47,852 nt of DNA from Candidatus Babelota bacterium (GCA_049325595.1 JBMOLF010000021.1:1-47852); one strand, 5' to 3'; numbered from the stretch's first letter, positions 1 through 9,650 are shown. The notes: a model not told the origin generated them from the letters alone. Translations and numbers: made by a program.

Positions 1-431
1 TTTCATTCCATACATTATCTGATATCATAAGCATCGGAGCGTTTCCTTTTTTTTGTTGTTCACTGGCTATTTTAGCCAATAAATCAAGAAGGCGCTCCTA
101 TCTATTTAATTTTCGGATAAGCTCTAAAAAAAATGGCAATGATCATCTTTTTAAGGCAATTTGTGCATTAGCACCAACACTAAAATTTGGTAATACGTTA
201 ATAACTTCTTCTTCAAATTTTTCTGATTGTCAGGGGCTATTAACTTTGTCAACGTTTCTAGCCACCGCTCAAATTACCGGATATCAACTCAAAAACAGCA
301 TTTTAAATTATTATCGCTATCTTCAAATTAATGTTGATGAACTCGAAGAGGAGTTGGTAACAAATAAATTAGCCCTCAAATGGATCAAAGATGACCATAA
401 TGCAAAAATCGATAATAAAAAGAAATTTTAA
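1..431 (+). CDS. Hypothetical membrane protein, 5'-truncated by the window edge
   Basis: The frame of ORF 246..431 is open back to position 3 (SFHTLSDIISIGAFPFFCCSLAILANK...). Hydrophobic stretches then a charged helical C-terminus; terminator follows. Confidence 0.7.
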   Translation, partial: SFHTLSDIISIGAFPFFCCSLAILANKSRRRSYLFNFRISSKKNGNDHLFKAICALAPTLKFGNTLITSSSNFSDCQGLLTLSTFLATAQITGYQLKNSILNYYRYLQINVDELEEELVTNKLALKWIKDDHNAKIDNKKKF

Positions 432-454
432 AAAATATTAAAATACAAACTACC

Positions 455-484
455 AAAAGCTCTTACTCAAGTAGGAGCTTTTTA
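455..484 (+). terminator. Rho-independent terminator
   Basis: AAAAGCTC-TTAC-TCAA-GTAG-GAGCTTTTT hairpin with T-tract, just after the stop at 431. Confidence 0.8.
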
Positions 485-562
485 TATTTTATTTGACAAT
501 ATTGACTTCGCCTACAAAATTACTAAGACTAGCTACAGCACTTTACGCGGGGGAGTAATTCC

Positions 563-1126
563 ATGAAAAAAATATTTTTTTTGCTCGCAATAGTTTGCTC
601 TGCTTCAACCTATTGCATGGATGAAATTGAAAAAATTGAATTTCAAGATCTTGATAGCAATGCGCAAGTTCAACTCGATTATGCGTATTGCTTTAACTTG
701 AAAAATGATATCGGCCCAGTAAAAGTATATTATTTATTTAATGATCCAAATATGTTAAATAATAGCTTAATCAAACACAAGCAAAACATGGCTCAATTAC
801 TTGATGAATCACAAAGCATCTTAACAAGAGAAGCGATTATCCAATTTCGCAGAGGATATATATCAGCTATACTTGGAACTGGTATATTAGCAAATGAATT
901 TGTTAATATATCACCTTATTATGGGTATTCAATTCTTTTTGCAGCTTCCTGTTTAATATATTCAAATCATGTAATTAATAAGGGATTATCATTAGAGCAA
1001 AGCGCTCGTTTTCTACCATTCCATTTAAAAGATAAACTTGCACTCACTAATCAATTACTATCTTCACTTGAAAAACATGGCGTACAATCAATTTCTCAGC
1101 AAGAATTATATGAAGGCACCCTATAA
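563..1126 (+). CDS. Hypothetical secreted/membrane protein
   Basis: GGGGAG RBS; Sec-type signal peptide MKKIFFLLAIVCSASTYC|MDE; internal hydrophobic hairpin. Confidence 0.8.
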   Translation: MKKIFFLLAIVCSASTYCMDEIEKIEFQDLDSNAQVQLDYAYCFNLKNDIGPVKVYYLFNDPNMLNNSLIKHKQNMAQLLDESQSILTREAIIQFRRGYISAILGTGILANEFVNISPYYGYSILFAASCLIYSNHVINKGLSLEQSARFLPFHLKDKLALTNQLLSSLEKHGVQSISQQELYEGTL

Positions 1127-1550
1127 ACTACTTTATTTCGCAATCTTTGCTCATATACTTATATATACGAGCGAACCAAATAAAAATATTGCAGTAGCCC
1201 ATGCTAATCCGCTTGTGTCCCAGCATTTAGAAATCAAATTGCATCTAGACCACCAGCTTAATGCACTACAAAAAACTAAATTTAAAGCCTATAGTTCTTC
1301 GGCAGCCTACATTCTTGCAGGCGCTCCGCTTTCTGCATTAGGTATAACCTGGATAGTTGCCACCTTTGATGTTAAATCATTCAATTCTCTTGCAAATGTC
1401 TGTGTAGGAACCAGCCTTATTTGTTGCGGCGACAAATTTTTAAAAAAAGGATTTTGTCGTCTGATTGATTATCAAACCAAACAAACACGCTTATTGCAGC
1501 AAATAAATTATCAAGAAAATCTTATTCAACAATTGTTAGATAAAAATTAA
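1110..1550 (+). CDS. Hypothetical secreted/membrane protein
   Basis: Start moved to the in-frame ATG at 1110, giving signal peptide MKAPYKLLYFAIFAHILIYT|SEP; two hydrophobic segments and a C-terminal coiled-coil-like region. Confidence 0.75.
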   Translation: MKAPYKLLYFAIFAHILIYTSEPNKNIAVAHANPLVSQHLEIKLHLDHQLNALQKTKFKAYSSSAAYILAGAPLSALGITWIVATFDVKSFNSLANVCVGTSLICCGDKFLKKGFCRLIDYQTKQTRLLQQINYQENLIQQLLDKN

Positions 1551-1628
1551 TTAGCACATAGCCATACTCATCCTACTATTGAGAGTTAATACCAAAAGAA
1601 ACATTGGGCTATAAATTTTTTATAAAAA

Positions 1629-1637
1629 TGGTACAAT
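1629..1637 (+). promoter_or_regulatory. Putative extended -10 promoter (TGgTACAAT)
   Basis: TGn-TACAAT about 40 nt upstream of ATG 1679, which has a GGAGG RBS. Confidence 0.45.
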
Positions 1638-1678
1638 AAAAATTACTTATGGAAATATAAAATGGAGGAATAATTATA

Positions 1679-2026
1679 ATGAAACAATCAATTTTTATGC
1701 TCGTTCTGAGCACTATTTTTCTTTCTTCTTGTGCAAGCGAAATAATAAAACCAAATGAACTCACACCCGAAAAACGTATCCATCTAGAAAGTAAGTTGAA
1801 AAACTATCAAAAAAAAGCCTGGTGGCACAAAGGAGTTGGCCATTATATGAAAGGCATGGCATTATTTAGTGTTTGGGCAGTGAATAATTGCTCTCAAGAA
1901 ATTACCTTTTTTGCCTGGCTTGGTGCAGTCCCGACTTGTTTGCAAATTTCAGCTGATGGTTATGCAATTGCCGCTGAGTATCAACAAAAAATAGAAAAAA
2001 TTCAAAAAAAACTTGGAAAGAAATAA
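1679..2026 (+). CDS. Hypothetical exported protein, possible lipoprotein
   Basis: GGAGG RBS; signal with lipobox-like LSSC; hydrophobic hairpin and Lys/Gln-rich helical tail. Confidence 0.8.
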   Translation: MKQSIFMLVLSTIFLSSCASEIIKPNELTPEKRIHLESKLKNYQKKAWWHKGVGHYMKGMALFSVWAVNNCSQEITFFAWLGAVPTCLQISADGYAIAAEYQQKIEKIQKKLGKK

Positions 2027-2033
2027 ATCAAAA

Positions 2034-2067
2034 AACCGGGTTCAACAAATCATATTTGAACCCGGTT
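2034..2067. terminator. Bidirectional terminator between convergent genes
   Basis: Perfect 12-bp inverted repeat AACCGGGTTCAA / TTGAACCCGGTT with a 10-nt loop, A-tract on the left. Confidence 0.8.
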
Positions 2068-2075
2068 AAATTTAA

Positions 2076-2741
2076 TTACTCGATTGTTTCTTCTTCTACA
2101 AATACCAACTCTTCTTCTTCGTCTTTATTAAGATAATTTGTAACATATCCTGCTGCCGCAGCTCCTGCCAATGGCGCTAAAACAAATGCGGCAAGATACC
2201 ACCAAATAAGATTTTTAGTCAAAGTACCTTTTATAAGCCCTACAATCATGCTCCCTAATGCCAAAGTAGGATTGTACATACCACCTAAAAATACTATTGC
2301 AGCTAATGTTAATCCAATTACTAGGCCAAATATTTGATTACCTTCATAGGGCAGTGCACTCAAAATACTTAACCATATCCATGCAAAAGCAAAGGTGAGT
2401 AAAAACTCTATTGCAATAACGCCATACCAATTAAGCTCAGGATTTACTGGCAATACAAAATCAACACCAATTAATTGATATACTACAACAAAACCTAGAG
2501 CAGCTCCGACTATTTGCCATGCCCAATAACCAATAACCTCTTTTTTATCAAGCAAACCACGGATTAATGATGCAAAAGAAAGCGCACCATTATAATGCGC
2601 ACCGGAAATATAAGCACCAGCATATACTAAACCAGCAATTAACAAACCTACTGCTAGCGCATTGCCACCTGTTAACCCCACAATAACAGCTAAGAAAAAA
2701 GATCCCAATGCTTCAACCAAACCCGGTTTTATGTGCTTCAT
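2076..2741 (-). CDS. MIP family channel (aquaporin-like)
   Basis: E in TM1 (VEALGSF), ISGAHYNG loop, EFLLTF, GGMYNPT second box, six TM segments. Start at 2741 chosen from AAGGAG RBS spacing. Confidence 0.88.
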   Translation of the reverse strand: MKHIKPGLVEALGSFFLAVIVGLTGGNALAVGLLIAGLVYAGAYISGAHYNGALSFASLIRGLLDKKEVIGYWAWQIVGAALGFVVVYQLIGVDFVLPVNPELNWYGVIAIEFLLTFAFAWIWLSILSALPYEGNQIFGLVIGLTLAAIVFLGGMYNPTLALGSMIVGLIKGTLTKNLIWWYLAAFVLAPLAGAAAAGYVTNYLNKDEEEELVFVEEETIE

Positions 2742-2895
2742 ACACATGCTCCTTTAAAAAATAAAAACAACATTCAAAATTCATCATATAATGCTCCTTT
2801 GTAAATTTGATAGATAATAAACCCTAAGCAAAAAAAGCTCACCATAAGTTAAGCATTTTTATAGCTATAAATTTTTGGTAATTAGTTAAAAACCT

Positions 2896-2904
2896 TGATA
2901 TACT
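2896..2904 (+). promoter_or_regulatory. Putative extended -10 promoter of the ABC operon
   Basis: TGaTATACT about 40 nt upstream of ATG 2947. Confidence 0.4.
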
Positions 2905-2946
2905 TATATAATTCATATCTAAGTCACCCATAACCTCAGACAAATC

Positions 2947-3702
2947 ATGGCACAGCCTATTTTAGAAATTAAAAACGTTAGTAAAACGTATAAAGACCAG
3001 CAACGCACTGTTCACGCGCTTAAAGATATTTCATTTGCTATTAACAAAGGAGAAATCTTTGGATTGCTTGGTGTAAATGGGGCTGGTAAAACAACTTTGT
3101 CTTCTATTCTTGCGACCATACACCCACCAACTTCTGGAGATGTATTGTTTAAGGGAAGTTCAATTTATAAAAATCTGTATACATTTCGCCGCTCTCTTGG
3201 CTTGTGCCCGCAAATTCAAAATTTAGATCAATTTCTTAATGTACGAGAAAACTTAGTATTTGCTGGTCGCTATAACTTGATGTCTGAAAAAGAAATTCAA
3301 GAACGTGTTGATCAGTTACTACAGGAATTTGAACTTACTCGGTATGCCCATTTTGAAATAGACCAACTTTCAGGAGGCACCAAACAACGTGTATTGATAG
3401 CCCGCGCTCTGGTGCACAAGCCTGAAATTGTTATTTTTGACGAACCAACTGTTGGATTAGATCCGGATATTCGTCGTAAATTATGGACACACATTCAATC
3501 ACTTAAAAAACAAGGAATTACCGTTATTTTAACGACTCATTATCTAGATGAAGCAGAAATATTATCAGATCGTGTGTGTATGTTAAGCAAAGGACGCGTA
3601 CTTCTTATTGAATCAGTTGCTGAACTTAAAGCAAAACATCGTCTTGAAAAACTAGAAGATATATTTTTACATCTAACGCAACAAGAAGAACAACAACTAT
3701 GA
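2947..3702 (+). CDS. ABC-2 type exporter ATP-binding protein
   Basis: Walker A GVNGAGKT, LSGG signature, Walker B IVIFDEPT, LTTHY. Confidence 0.95.
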   Translation: MAQPILEIKNVSKTYKDQQRTVHALKDISFAINKGEIFGLLGVNGAGKTTLSSILATIHPPTSGDVLFKGSSIYKNLYTFRRSLGLCPQIQNLDQFLNVRENLVFAGRYNLMSEKEIQERVDQLLQEFELTRYAHFEIDQLSGGTKQRVLIARALVHKPEIVIFDEPTVGLDPDIRRKLWTHIQSLKKQGITVILTTHYLDEAEILSDRVCMLSKGRVLLIESVAELKAKHRLEKLEDIFLHLTQQEEQQL

Positions 3703-4478
3703 ACAATAATGTCAGAGTATTTTTTGCGCTACTACGGCGTGATATACGATTTATTGGACATACTTTATTAAAAGATCTTATCGACGCAGGTATTTTGTGT
3801 CTTTTACAGGTACTTGTTTTTGGACGCTTATTACCGTTACTTGGTATGTCTATTGCTAACGTTGGGCCATTATATTTGGTTAACATTTGCCAAATTCTAT
3901 TTTTGCTTGGCTTTAATCTCGCTTTTAATCTGGTTTTTGATTTAAAATTTGATCGCTTTATTCAATATCATTTTACCTTGCCTATTTCCAAGCGTTGGCT
4001 TTTTGCCCAATACGTATGCTCCTTTATGCTCAAGTGCATTACCATTTCACTACCATTAGTTTCGCTTGGACTTTTTTTATTGCGCGACATCATCTTGTTG
4101 TCACATGCAAATTGGCTCCAATTTGGCATTATGTATACTACTTCGATGATTTTTTTTGCACTGCTATTTTTAACATTAAGTTTTAAATATGAATACAAAT
4201 GGTTTTTAGATAATATCTGGCCTCGCCGTTTATCACCATTGTTTCTGCTCAGCGCGAGCTTTTTTCCATGGTACAAAGTAAAAGCTTTTTCTAATTTTTT
4301 TGGTTATTTATTTTTATTAAATCCAATTACCTACATAATTGAAGGTTTTCGCACAACTTTATTAGGCGGTAATTACTACTTACCTTTTTGGCTTTGTTTG
4401 TCCGTGCTTGTGTGTTCTATTGCCGGATTAATTGTATTACTAACTAATGCAGTTTATAAGCGCTTAAATCCTGTTTAA
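3699..4478 (+). CDS. ABC-2 type permease
   Basis: Six TM segments, NPITYIIEGFR motif; 4-bp overlap with the ATPase gene. Confidence 0.88.
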   Translation: MNNNVRVFFALLRRDIRFIGHTLLKDLIDAGILCLLQVLVFGRLLPLLGMSIANVGPLYLVNICQILFLLGFNLAFNLVFDLKFDRFIQYHFTLPISKRWLFAQYVCSFMLKCITISLPLVSLGLFLLRDIILLSHANWLQFGIMYTTSMIFFALLFLTLSFKYEYKWFLDNIWPRRLSPLFLLSASFFPWYKVKAFSNFFGYLFLLNPITYIIEGFRTTLLGGNYYLPFWLCLSVLVCSIAGLIVLLTNAVYKRLNPV

Positions 4479-4492
4479 GAAAGTACTTTATT

Positions 4493-5284
4493 ATGAATAT
4501 AGCTGCTTATTTTAAAATATTTTGTGCTTTTTTATGGCGAGATTTTTATGTATACGGTAAACGTGCTTCTCAATATTTGGTTAATTATGGCATTATAGGA
4601 CCTGTGCTATATGTGATGACCTTTGCCTATTTACAGCCTCATGTATTTTTTGAATCAAAAACTTCGGTAGGACTTTCTACATTTATTGGTAACGTTTCTC
4701 AAATTTTGCTTAGTCTTACGTACACGGTAATTAGCACGGTATTATTTGATTTAAAAAAACATAAATTTACTCAATATCAACTCAGTCTATTACCAGTACA
4801 CCTTTTTGTATTAAAAGAGATTATGTTTGCATCGATATGGGGAACTTTTATTGCGTTACCATTTTTTCCTATAGCTCGTTTATTATTAAGCAGTTCATTT
4901 CCTGTTGAGCAGATTTCTTGGCCTTTAGTTGTTTTATTGTTATTTTTGGCAGCTTTATGTTGTTCTTCCTATCTTTTTTTAGCAACATCCTTGTTAAAAA
5001 GCACCGATCAAACAAGACAACTATGGATGCGCGTAAATATTCCTATGATAATTTTGGGCGGTTTTTGGGTACCTTGGCACATTATGAACAAATTTTCACC
5101 TTTGTTGGGTAAAGCAGTACTCATTAATCCTCTTATTTACGTTACCGAAGGATTACGTCAAGCCATTATCGGTGGGCCTCTTTTTATGGACATTAGCACT
5201 TGTATAGTCGCTCTTTTGGGTTTTTCACTCGCGTTTACTTATGTTTCATTTTATGTTTTTAAGAAAAAAGTCGACGCAAACTGA
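4493..5284 (+). CDS. ABC-2 type permease (second subunit)
   Basis: Six TM segments, NPLIYVTEGLR motif; paralogous to the preceding permease. Confidence 0.88.
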   Translation: MNIAAYFKIFCAFLWRDFYVYGKRASQYLVNYGIIGPVLYVMTFAYLQPHVFFESKTSVGLSTFIGNVSQILLSLTYTVISTVLFDLKKHKFTQYQLSLLPVHLFVLKEIMFASIWGTFIALPFFPIARLLLSSSFPVEQISWPLVVLLLFLAALCCSSYLFLATSLLKSTDQTRQLWMRVNIPMIILGGFWVPWHIMNKFSPLLGKAVLINPLIYVTEGLRQAIIGGPLFMDISTCIVALLGFSLAFTYVSFYVFKKKVDAN

Positions 5285-5447
5285 TTGCTTATATTCAGAT
5301 TGAACGAAATAATTACATATAGAAACGATACTATCCTTGGTATTTGTTCTTTTTAAAAAGCTTTTTATACTAAGTAGATAGGGGAATTTATTAAAAAATA
5401 TATTAAACAAATCTGTGATACACCATCAGAAAATGTGATTATTAAAA

Positions 5448-6581
5448 ATGGCTACTAAATTTGGTTTTAAAATAGTTCATCATTCAAAAAAGTCTCGTGC
5501 CCGCGTTGGTCAAATTATTACACCACATGGAGTAATCGATACCCCTAATTTTGTCGCGGTAGGTACCAATGCTACGCTCAAAGCTATCGATAGCGAAATG
5601 GTAAATAGCCTAGGCTTGCAACTTATGTTTTGCAACACCTATCACCTCATGCTCCAACCCGGCACACAAACCATTGCCAAAGCTGGTGGATTACACAAAT
5701 TTATTAATCGCAATGCTCCTATTATTACCGATTCTGGCGGCTTTCAAGTATTTAGTCTTGCATATGGTACGGTGAAAGATGAGCTTAAAAGTAAGGGTCA
5801 AAAAAAAGCCAACAATTCAGTGCTAAAAATTAATGAAGAGGGAGTAACTTTTCGCTCGTATCGCGATGGATCTAAAATTATTTTAACACCTGAATCTTCC
5901 GTACAAGCTCAAAAAGATCTTGGTGCTGATATTATTATTCCCTTTGATGAATTACCCCCTTATCACATGGACCAGCGCCAGCTTGAAAAATCTTTACATA
6001 GAACTCATCGCTGGGAAAAACGATCACTCGATGAACATCTAAAAAATCCCAATGGCCAAGCTATGTACGCCGTGGTTCATGGTGGTATAAATCCAGACTA
6101 TCGGAAATTAAGCTGTTCATATTTAGGGCAACAACCCTTTGATGGCTATGCTATTGGTGGAAGCTTAGGTAAAACACACCAAGAAATGTTTGAAATGCTT
6201 GCCTATGTGGTACCCGCATTGCCAGAAGATAAACCAAATCACTTATTGGGCATTGGTGATCTTACTTCTATTGAAGAATGCGTAAAACTTGGCATTGATA
6301 CATTTGATAGTTCTCACCCAACCCGCTGTGCACGCCATGGTTTGTTATTTACCAAGCAAGGCCATTATAAAATATTACACAGCGCCAACCGAGAATCATT
6401 CAAACCAGTTGACGAAACCTGCAGCTGCATTGTATGTCAAAAATATACCCGCGCTTACTTGCATCATTTATTTAAAGCACATGAGCTTACCGGTTACATG
6501 CTGGCGACCATTCATAACTTGCATTTTATGGTTCAACTCATGGCTGAATACCGTACTAAGATTTTACAAGGAGAACTGTAA
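5448..6581 (+). CDS. tgt: tRNA-guanine(34) transglycosylase
   Basis: CNTYHL, TDSGGFQVFSL, HLLGIG, DTFDS, Zn site CSCIVC...H. Confidence 0.97.
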   Translation: MATKFGFKIVHHSKKSRARVGQIITPHGVIDTPNFVAVGTNATLKAIDSEMVNSLGLQLMFCNTYHLMLQPGTQTIAKAGGLHKFINRNAPIITDSGGFQVFSLAYGTVKDELKSKGQKKANNSVLKINEEGVTFRSYRDGSKIILTPESSVQAQKDLGADIIIPFDELPPYHMDQRQLEKSLHRTHRWEKRSLDEHLKNPNGQAMYAVVHGGINPDYRKLSCSYLGQQPFDGYAIGGSLGKTHQEMFEMLAYVVPALPEDKPNHLLGIGDLTSIEECVKLGIDTFDSSHPTRCARHGLLFTKQGHYKILHSANRESFKPVDETCSCIVCQKYTRAYLHHLFKAHELTGYMLATIHNLHFMVQLMAEYRTKILQGEL

Positions 6582-7324
6582 TGAAAGTTATTACCTCACG
6601 TGATAATCCGGAAATTAAGCATCTTATAGCTTTGCAAACTCCTAAAGCGCGCAAAGAACATCGTCAATTTGTTGCTGAAGGAACACGGGTATGTAAAACC
6701 TTAGTCGATAATGGTTTTAAGTTGGTTACTTTGTATATCACCGATACGTTATTTGACGATTACAAACGAGTTATAAAAACTCCTTTCATTACATGTGTTT
6801 CTGATTTTGTTATGAAAAAAATCAGTACGGCACATACGCCAAGTGGTTTTTTAGGACTTTTTGAAATGCCACAAGCACCATCGCAACAACTTTCTTCGGG
6901 CATAGTCTTAGCTCGCATTGCTGATCCAGGCAATATGGGCACTTTAATTCGCACCGCTGCGGCAATGAATTTAAAATCAGTTGTTTGTGTAGAAAGTACC
7001 GATCCGTGGAGCCCTAAAGTTATTCAAGCTTCAGCCGGAACTATTGCTCAAGTGCAGATTTTTCCAATGAGCTGGCAAGAATTGCTTCGCACTAAAAAAG
7101 ATTTACCATTATATGCTTTGATGGTTAATAAGGGAAAAAGCCCACAGGAGATTGTTCAAAAAAACTCCTTATTGGTAATTGGCAGTGAAGCACATGGTAT
7201 TCCTGCTGAATGGGCCGCTCAATGCGATGAACAAATTACTATCCCAATGCCAGGAGAAACTGAAAGCTTAAATGCTGCTGTTGCTGGCTCTATAGCTATG
7301 TATGTATTATTTAGCAAGTTTTAA
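6581..7324 (+). CDS. TrmH/SpoU-family RNA 2'-O-methyltransferase
   Basis: DPGNMGTLIRTA, IGSEAHG, ESLNAAVAG; TAATG overlap with tgt. Confidence 0.93.
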   Translation: MKVITSRDNPEIKHLIALQTPKARKEHRQFVAEGTRVCKTLVDNGFKLVTLYITDTLFDDYKRVIKTPFITCVSDFVMKKISTAHTPSGFLGLFEMPQAPSQQLSSGIVLARIADPGNMGTLIRTAAAMNLKSVVCVESTDPWSPKVIQASAGTIAQVQIFPMSWQELLRTKKDLPLYALMVNKGKSPQEIVQKNSLLVIGSEAHGIPAEWAAQCDEQITIPMPGETESLNAAVAGSIAMYVLFSKF

Positions 7325-7419
7325 TTGCTTCTAAACATTTGCAAATGGCAAAAAACAATTTACTTGGGAAATGAGTAATGTTAGGCTTTATTAAACCTAC
7401 ATTAATAAGGCTTACAACT

Positions 7420-7896
7420 ATGATCTTAAAAATATTTTTTATACCATTTTTTCTTTTTGTAACAATTTCCACATCAGTGTACAGCAGTGAAAAACCAAAC
7501 GAACTTTCACCAATAATCAAAACAAAAACATTGAAAAAATCACCTTTCATGGTCAGAAGAAACAAGCATGCACAAAAAAATCATTTATCAGTAGAAATTA
7601 CACCACCTAATTCTCCTGAGTGTCTTGCTCGAGCTCAAGTAAGTCATGAAAACAATAAAAATTCTTGTTCAATAAAAATAACCACACGACCGAGTGCACG
7701 CATTATGAACGCACTTGCTGATCAAATAAAATCAGAAAAAAAAATCAACATAACACAGGCACCCGAAATAAGTGTGGAATTGTGCAATCTCTCTGATGAT
7801 CAAAATTCTGATCTTAATAAATTGATGGTAAATTTTTTTAAAACTCGTTTTTTACCAAATACACAAGATTACCCTAATACAAGAACTTCCTTATAG
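7420..7896 (+). CDS. Hypothetical secreted protein
   Basis: Start moved to ATG 7420, giving signal peptide MILKIFFIPFFLFVTISTSVYS|SEK; low-complexity hydrophilic body. Confidence 0.7.
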   Translation: MILKIFFIPFFLFVTISTSVYSSEKPNELSPIIKTKTLKKSPFMVRRNKHAQKNHLSVEITPPNSPECLARAQVSHENNKNSCSIKITTRPSARIMNALADQIKSEKKINITQAPEISVELCNLSDDQNSDLNKLMVNFFKTRFLPNTQDYPNTRTSL

Positions 7897-7899
7897 ATA

Positions 7900-8538
7900 T
7901 TAACTGTTTTTTCTAATCATAAACACAATCAGTACACTCAACCATGCTGCAAAAAAACACCATACCGAACCAAATGCATGGTACCAAAGCCAGTAACTAA
8001 TCCCAAATGCACTTACAATTGATAGGGCAAAAATACGGGCGTAAGGTATGGTTGTTAGCAACAATGGTCCTGCCACTAGCAATAAATAGACACCTATAGC
8101 AAACAATGAAATATCAAATGGTACGGCAAGAGAATAGATAATATTATTATTAATCTGTATCGATAATGGATACATAAGAATGGCACAGGTTGCCACCATA
8201 AGCCACACCAAACCTGCAATAAGATAAGGAAGTATCAATTTTTTAATGCGTATATTGGGTTCAGCTCTATAAACACTAAGTGGCATCCAAAATGGCCACC
8301 AGGCTAAGGCTATATAAAAAAAGAGAAATCCTGTCCAATAACCCACATCACTATTTGGTCCATATACCCAAACAACTCCCTCGCACCATTGCTGCAATGC
8401 AAATATAAAGGGAATTATGCTCAAAAAAAATAATGAAGAGTTTTTACGCGAATAATAAGAGCTGAGTAACCCAGTAATACTCAAAAAACCTGCCAGAGTA
8501 AAACTAGCAAATGGAGAAAAACACATTTTTTTCCTCAT
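7900..8538 (-). CDS. Polytopic membrane protein, DUF6629-like (MCFS..ASF / SVWCF family)
   Basis: N-terminal MCFSPFASF, QQWCEG, C-terminal FGSVWCFFAA; ATGA overlap with cfa; alternative start 8526. Confidence 0.75.
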   Translation of the reverse strand: MRKKMCFSPFASFTLAGFLSITGLLSSYYSRKNSSLFFLSIIPFIFALQQWCEGVVWVYGPNSDVGYWTGFLFFYIALAWWPFWMPLSVYRAEPNIRIKKLILPYLIAGLVWLMVATCAILMYPLSIQINNNIIYSLAVPFDISLFAIGVYLLLVAGPLLLTTIPYARIFALSIVSAFGISYWLWYHAFGSVWCFFAAWLSVLIVFMIRKNS

Positions 8539-9650
8539 CGAATTGATTCATAGCCACCTCGGACACCATTTTTACTTAAGACAATTTGCCAAAGCTGACA
8601 ATGTCGCGATCTAAAAACCGCAGCACAACTTAATAAATAGTAGTCCCACATACGTTTAAACCGTTCACTGTAGGTGCGCGATAAGCTAGACCAATTTTTT
8701 TGCACATTAGTATACCAAGCCATAAGCGTGGTATCGTAATAAGCACTAAAATTATGCCAATCTTCCATAACAAAAAGACCTTCTATTGCCGCGCCAATTT
8801 GTTTAATAGACGGTAACATGCCATTAGGGAAAATATATTTATCAAGCCATGGATCACCATTAAAGCATGTTTTGTTCGTGCCAATAGTATGTAACAAAAA
8901 AAGACCATCATCTTTTAAGCAGCGGTGGGCAACTTCCATATAGTTGCGATAATTTTTATATCCCACATGCTCAAACATCCCCAGCGAAACTATATGATCA
9001 AACGGCTCATTTACATCACGATAATCCTGAAGGCGTATTTCGACTGGCAACCCTTTACATAGCTGATTACCAAGAGCTACTTGTTCTTGGGCAATTGTTA
9101 TTCCGACCACACGAGCATCATACTTTTCAGCTGCAAACTTTGCAAAACTGCCCCATCCACAACCAATATCCAAAATTTTTTGCCCTGGCTTAAGGTGTAA
9201 TTTTTTACAAACTAAATCCAATTTTGCTTCTTGTGCTTCATCTAAGTTTTTTGCATTTTTCCAATACCCACAGGTATAAACCAAGCGTTTATCAAGCATT
9301 GCTTCATACAAGTCGTTACCCAGATCATAATGTTGCTCACCTACTTGATAGGCTCTTTTTTGTGATTGTAAATTACAGACTCGCGCTTTAAGAAATTCCC
9401 ATACCAAGGGCAAACTGGGTTTAATATCTTGGGACACCTTGGCACATAAAAGTCGGGTAAGGAGATTATCAAGTTCTTTGCAATCCCACCATGCGTCCAT
9501 ATAAGATTCACCAAGTCCTAATGATCCGTGACGAACAATGCGATGGTAAAAACGATCATCGAATATATGTATATCCCATGGCCGTTGTCCATTAATAGTA
9601 ACATCAGCTTTTGCCGCTAATTCGTGAGCTAATTTTTTTAAATGCTTCAT
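8535..9650 (-). CDS. cfa: Cyclopropane fatty acyl phospholipid synthase
   Basis: LGLGESYM, HYDLGNDLY, LDIGCGWG, SLGMFEHVG, KYIFPNG. Confidence 0.96.
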   Translation of the reverse strand: MKHLKKLAHELAAKADVTINGQRPWDIHIFDDRFYHRIVRHGSLGLGESYMDAWWDCKELDNLLTRLLCAKVSQDIKPSLPLVWEFLKARVCNLQSQKRAYQVGEQHYDLGNDLYEAMLDKRLVYTCGYWKNAKNLDEAQEAKLDLVCKKLHLKPGQKILDIGCGWGSFAKFAAEKYDARVVGITIAQEQVALGNQLCKGLPVEIRLQDYRDVNEPFDHIVSLGMFEHVGYKNYRNYMEVAHRCLKDDGLFLLHTIGTNKTCFNGDPWLDKYIFPNGMLPSIKQIGAAIEGLFVMEDWHNFSAYYDTTLMAWYTNVQKNWSSLSRTYSERFKRMWDYYLLSCAAVFRSRHCQLWQIVLSKNGVRGGYESIR

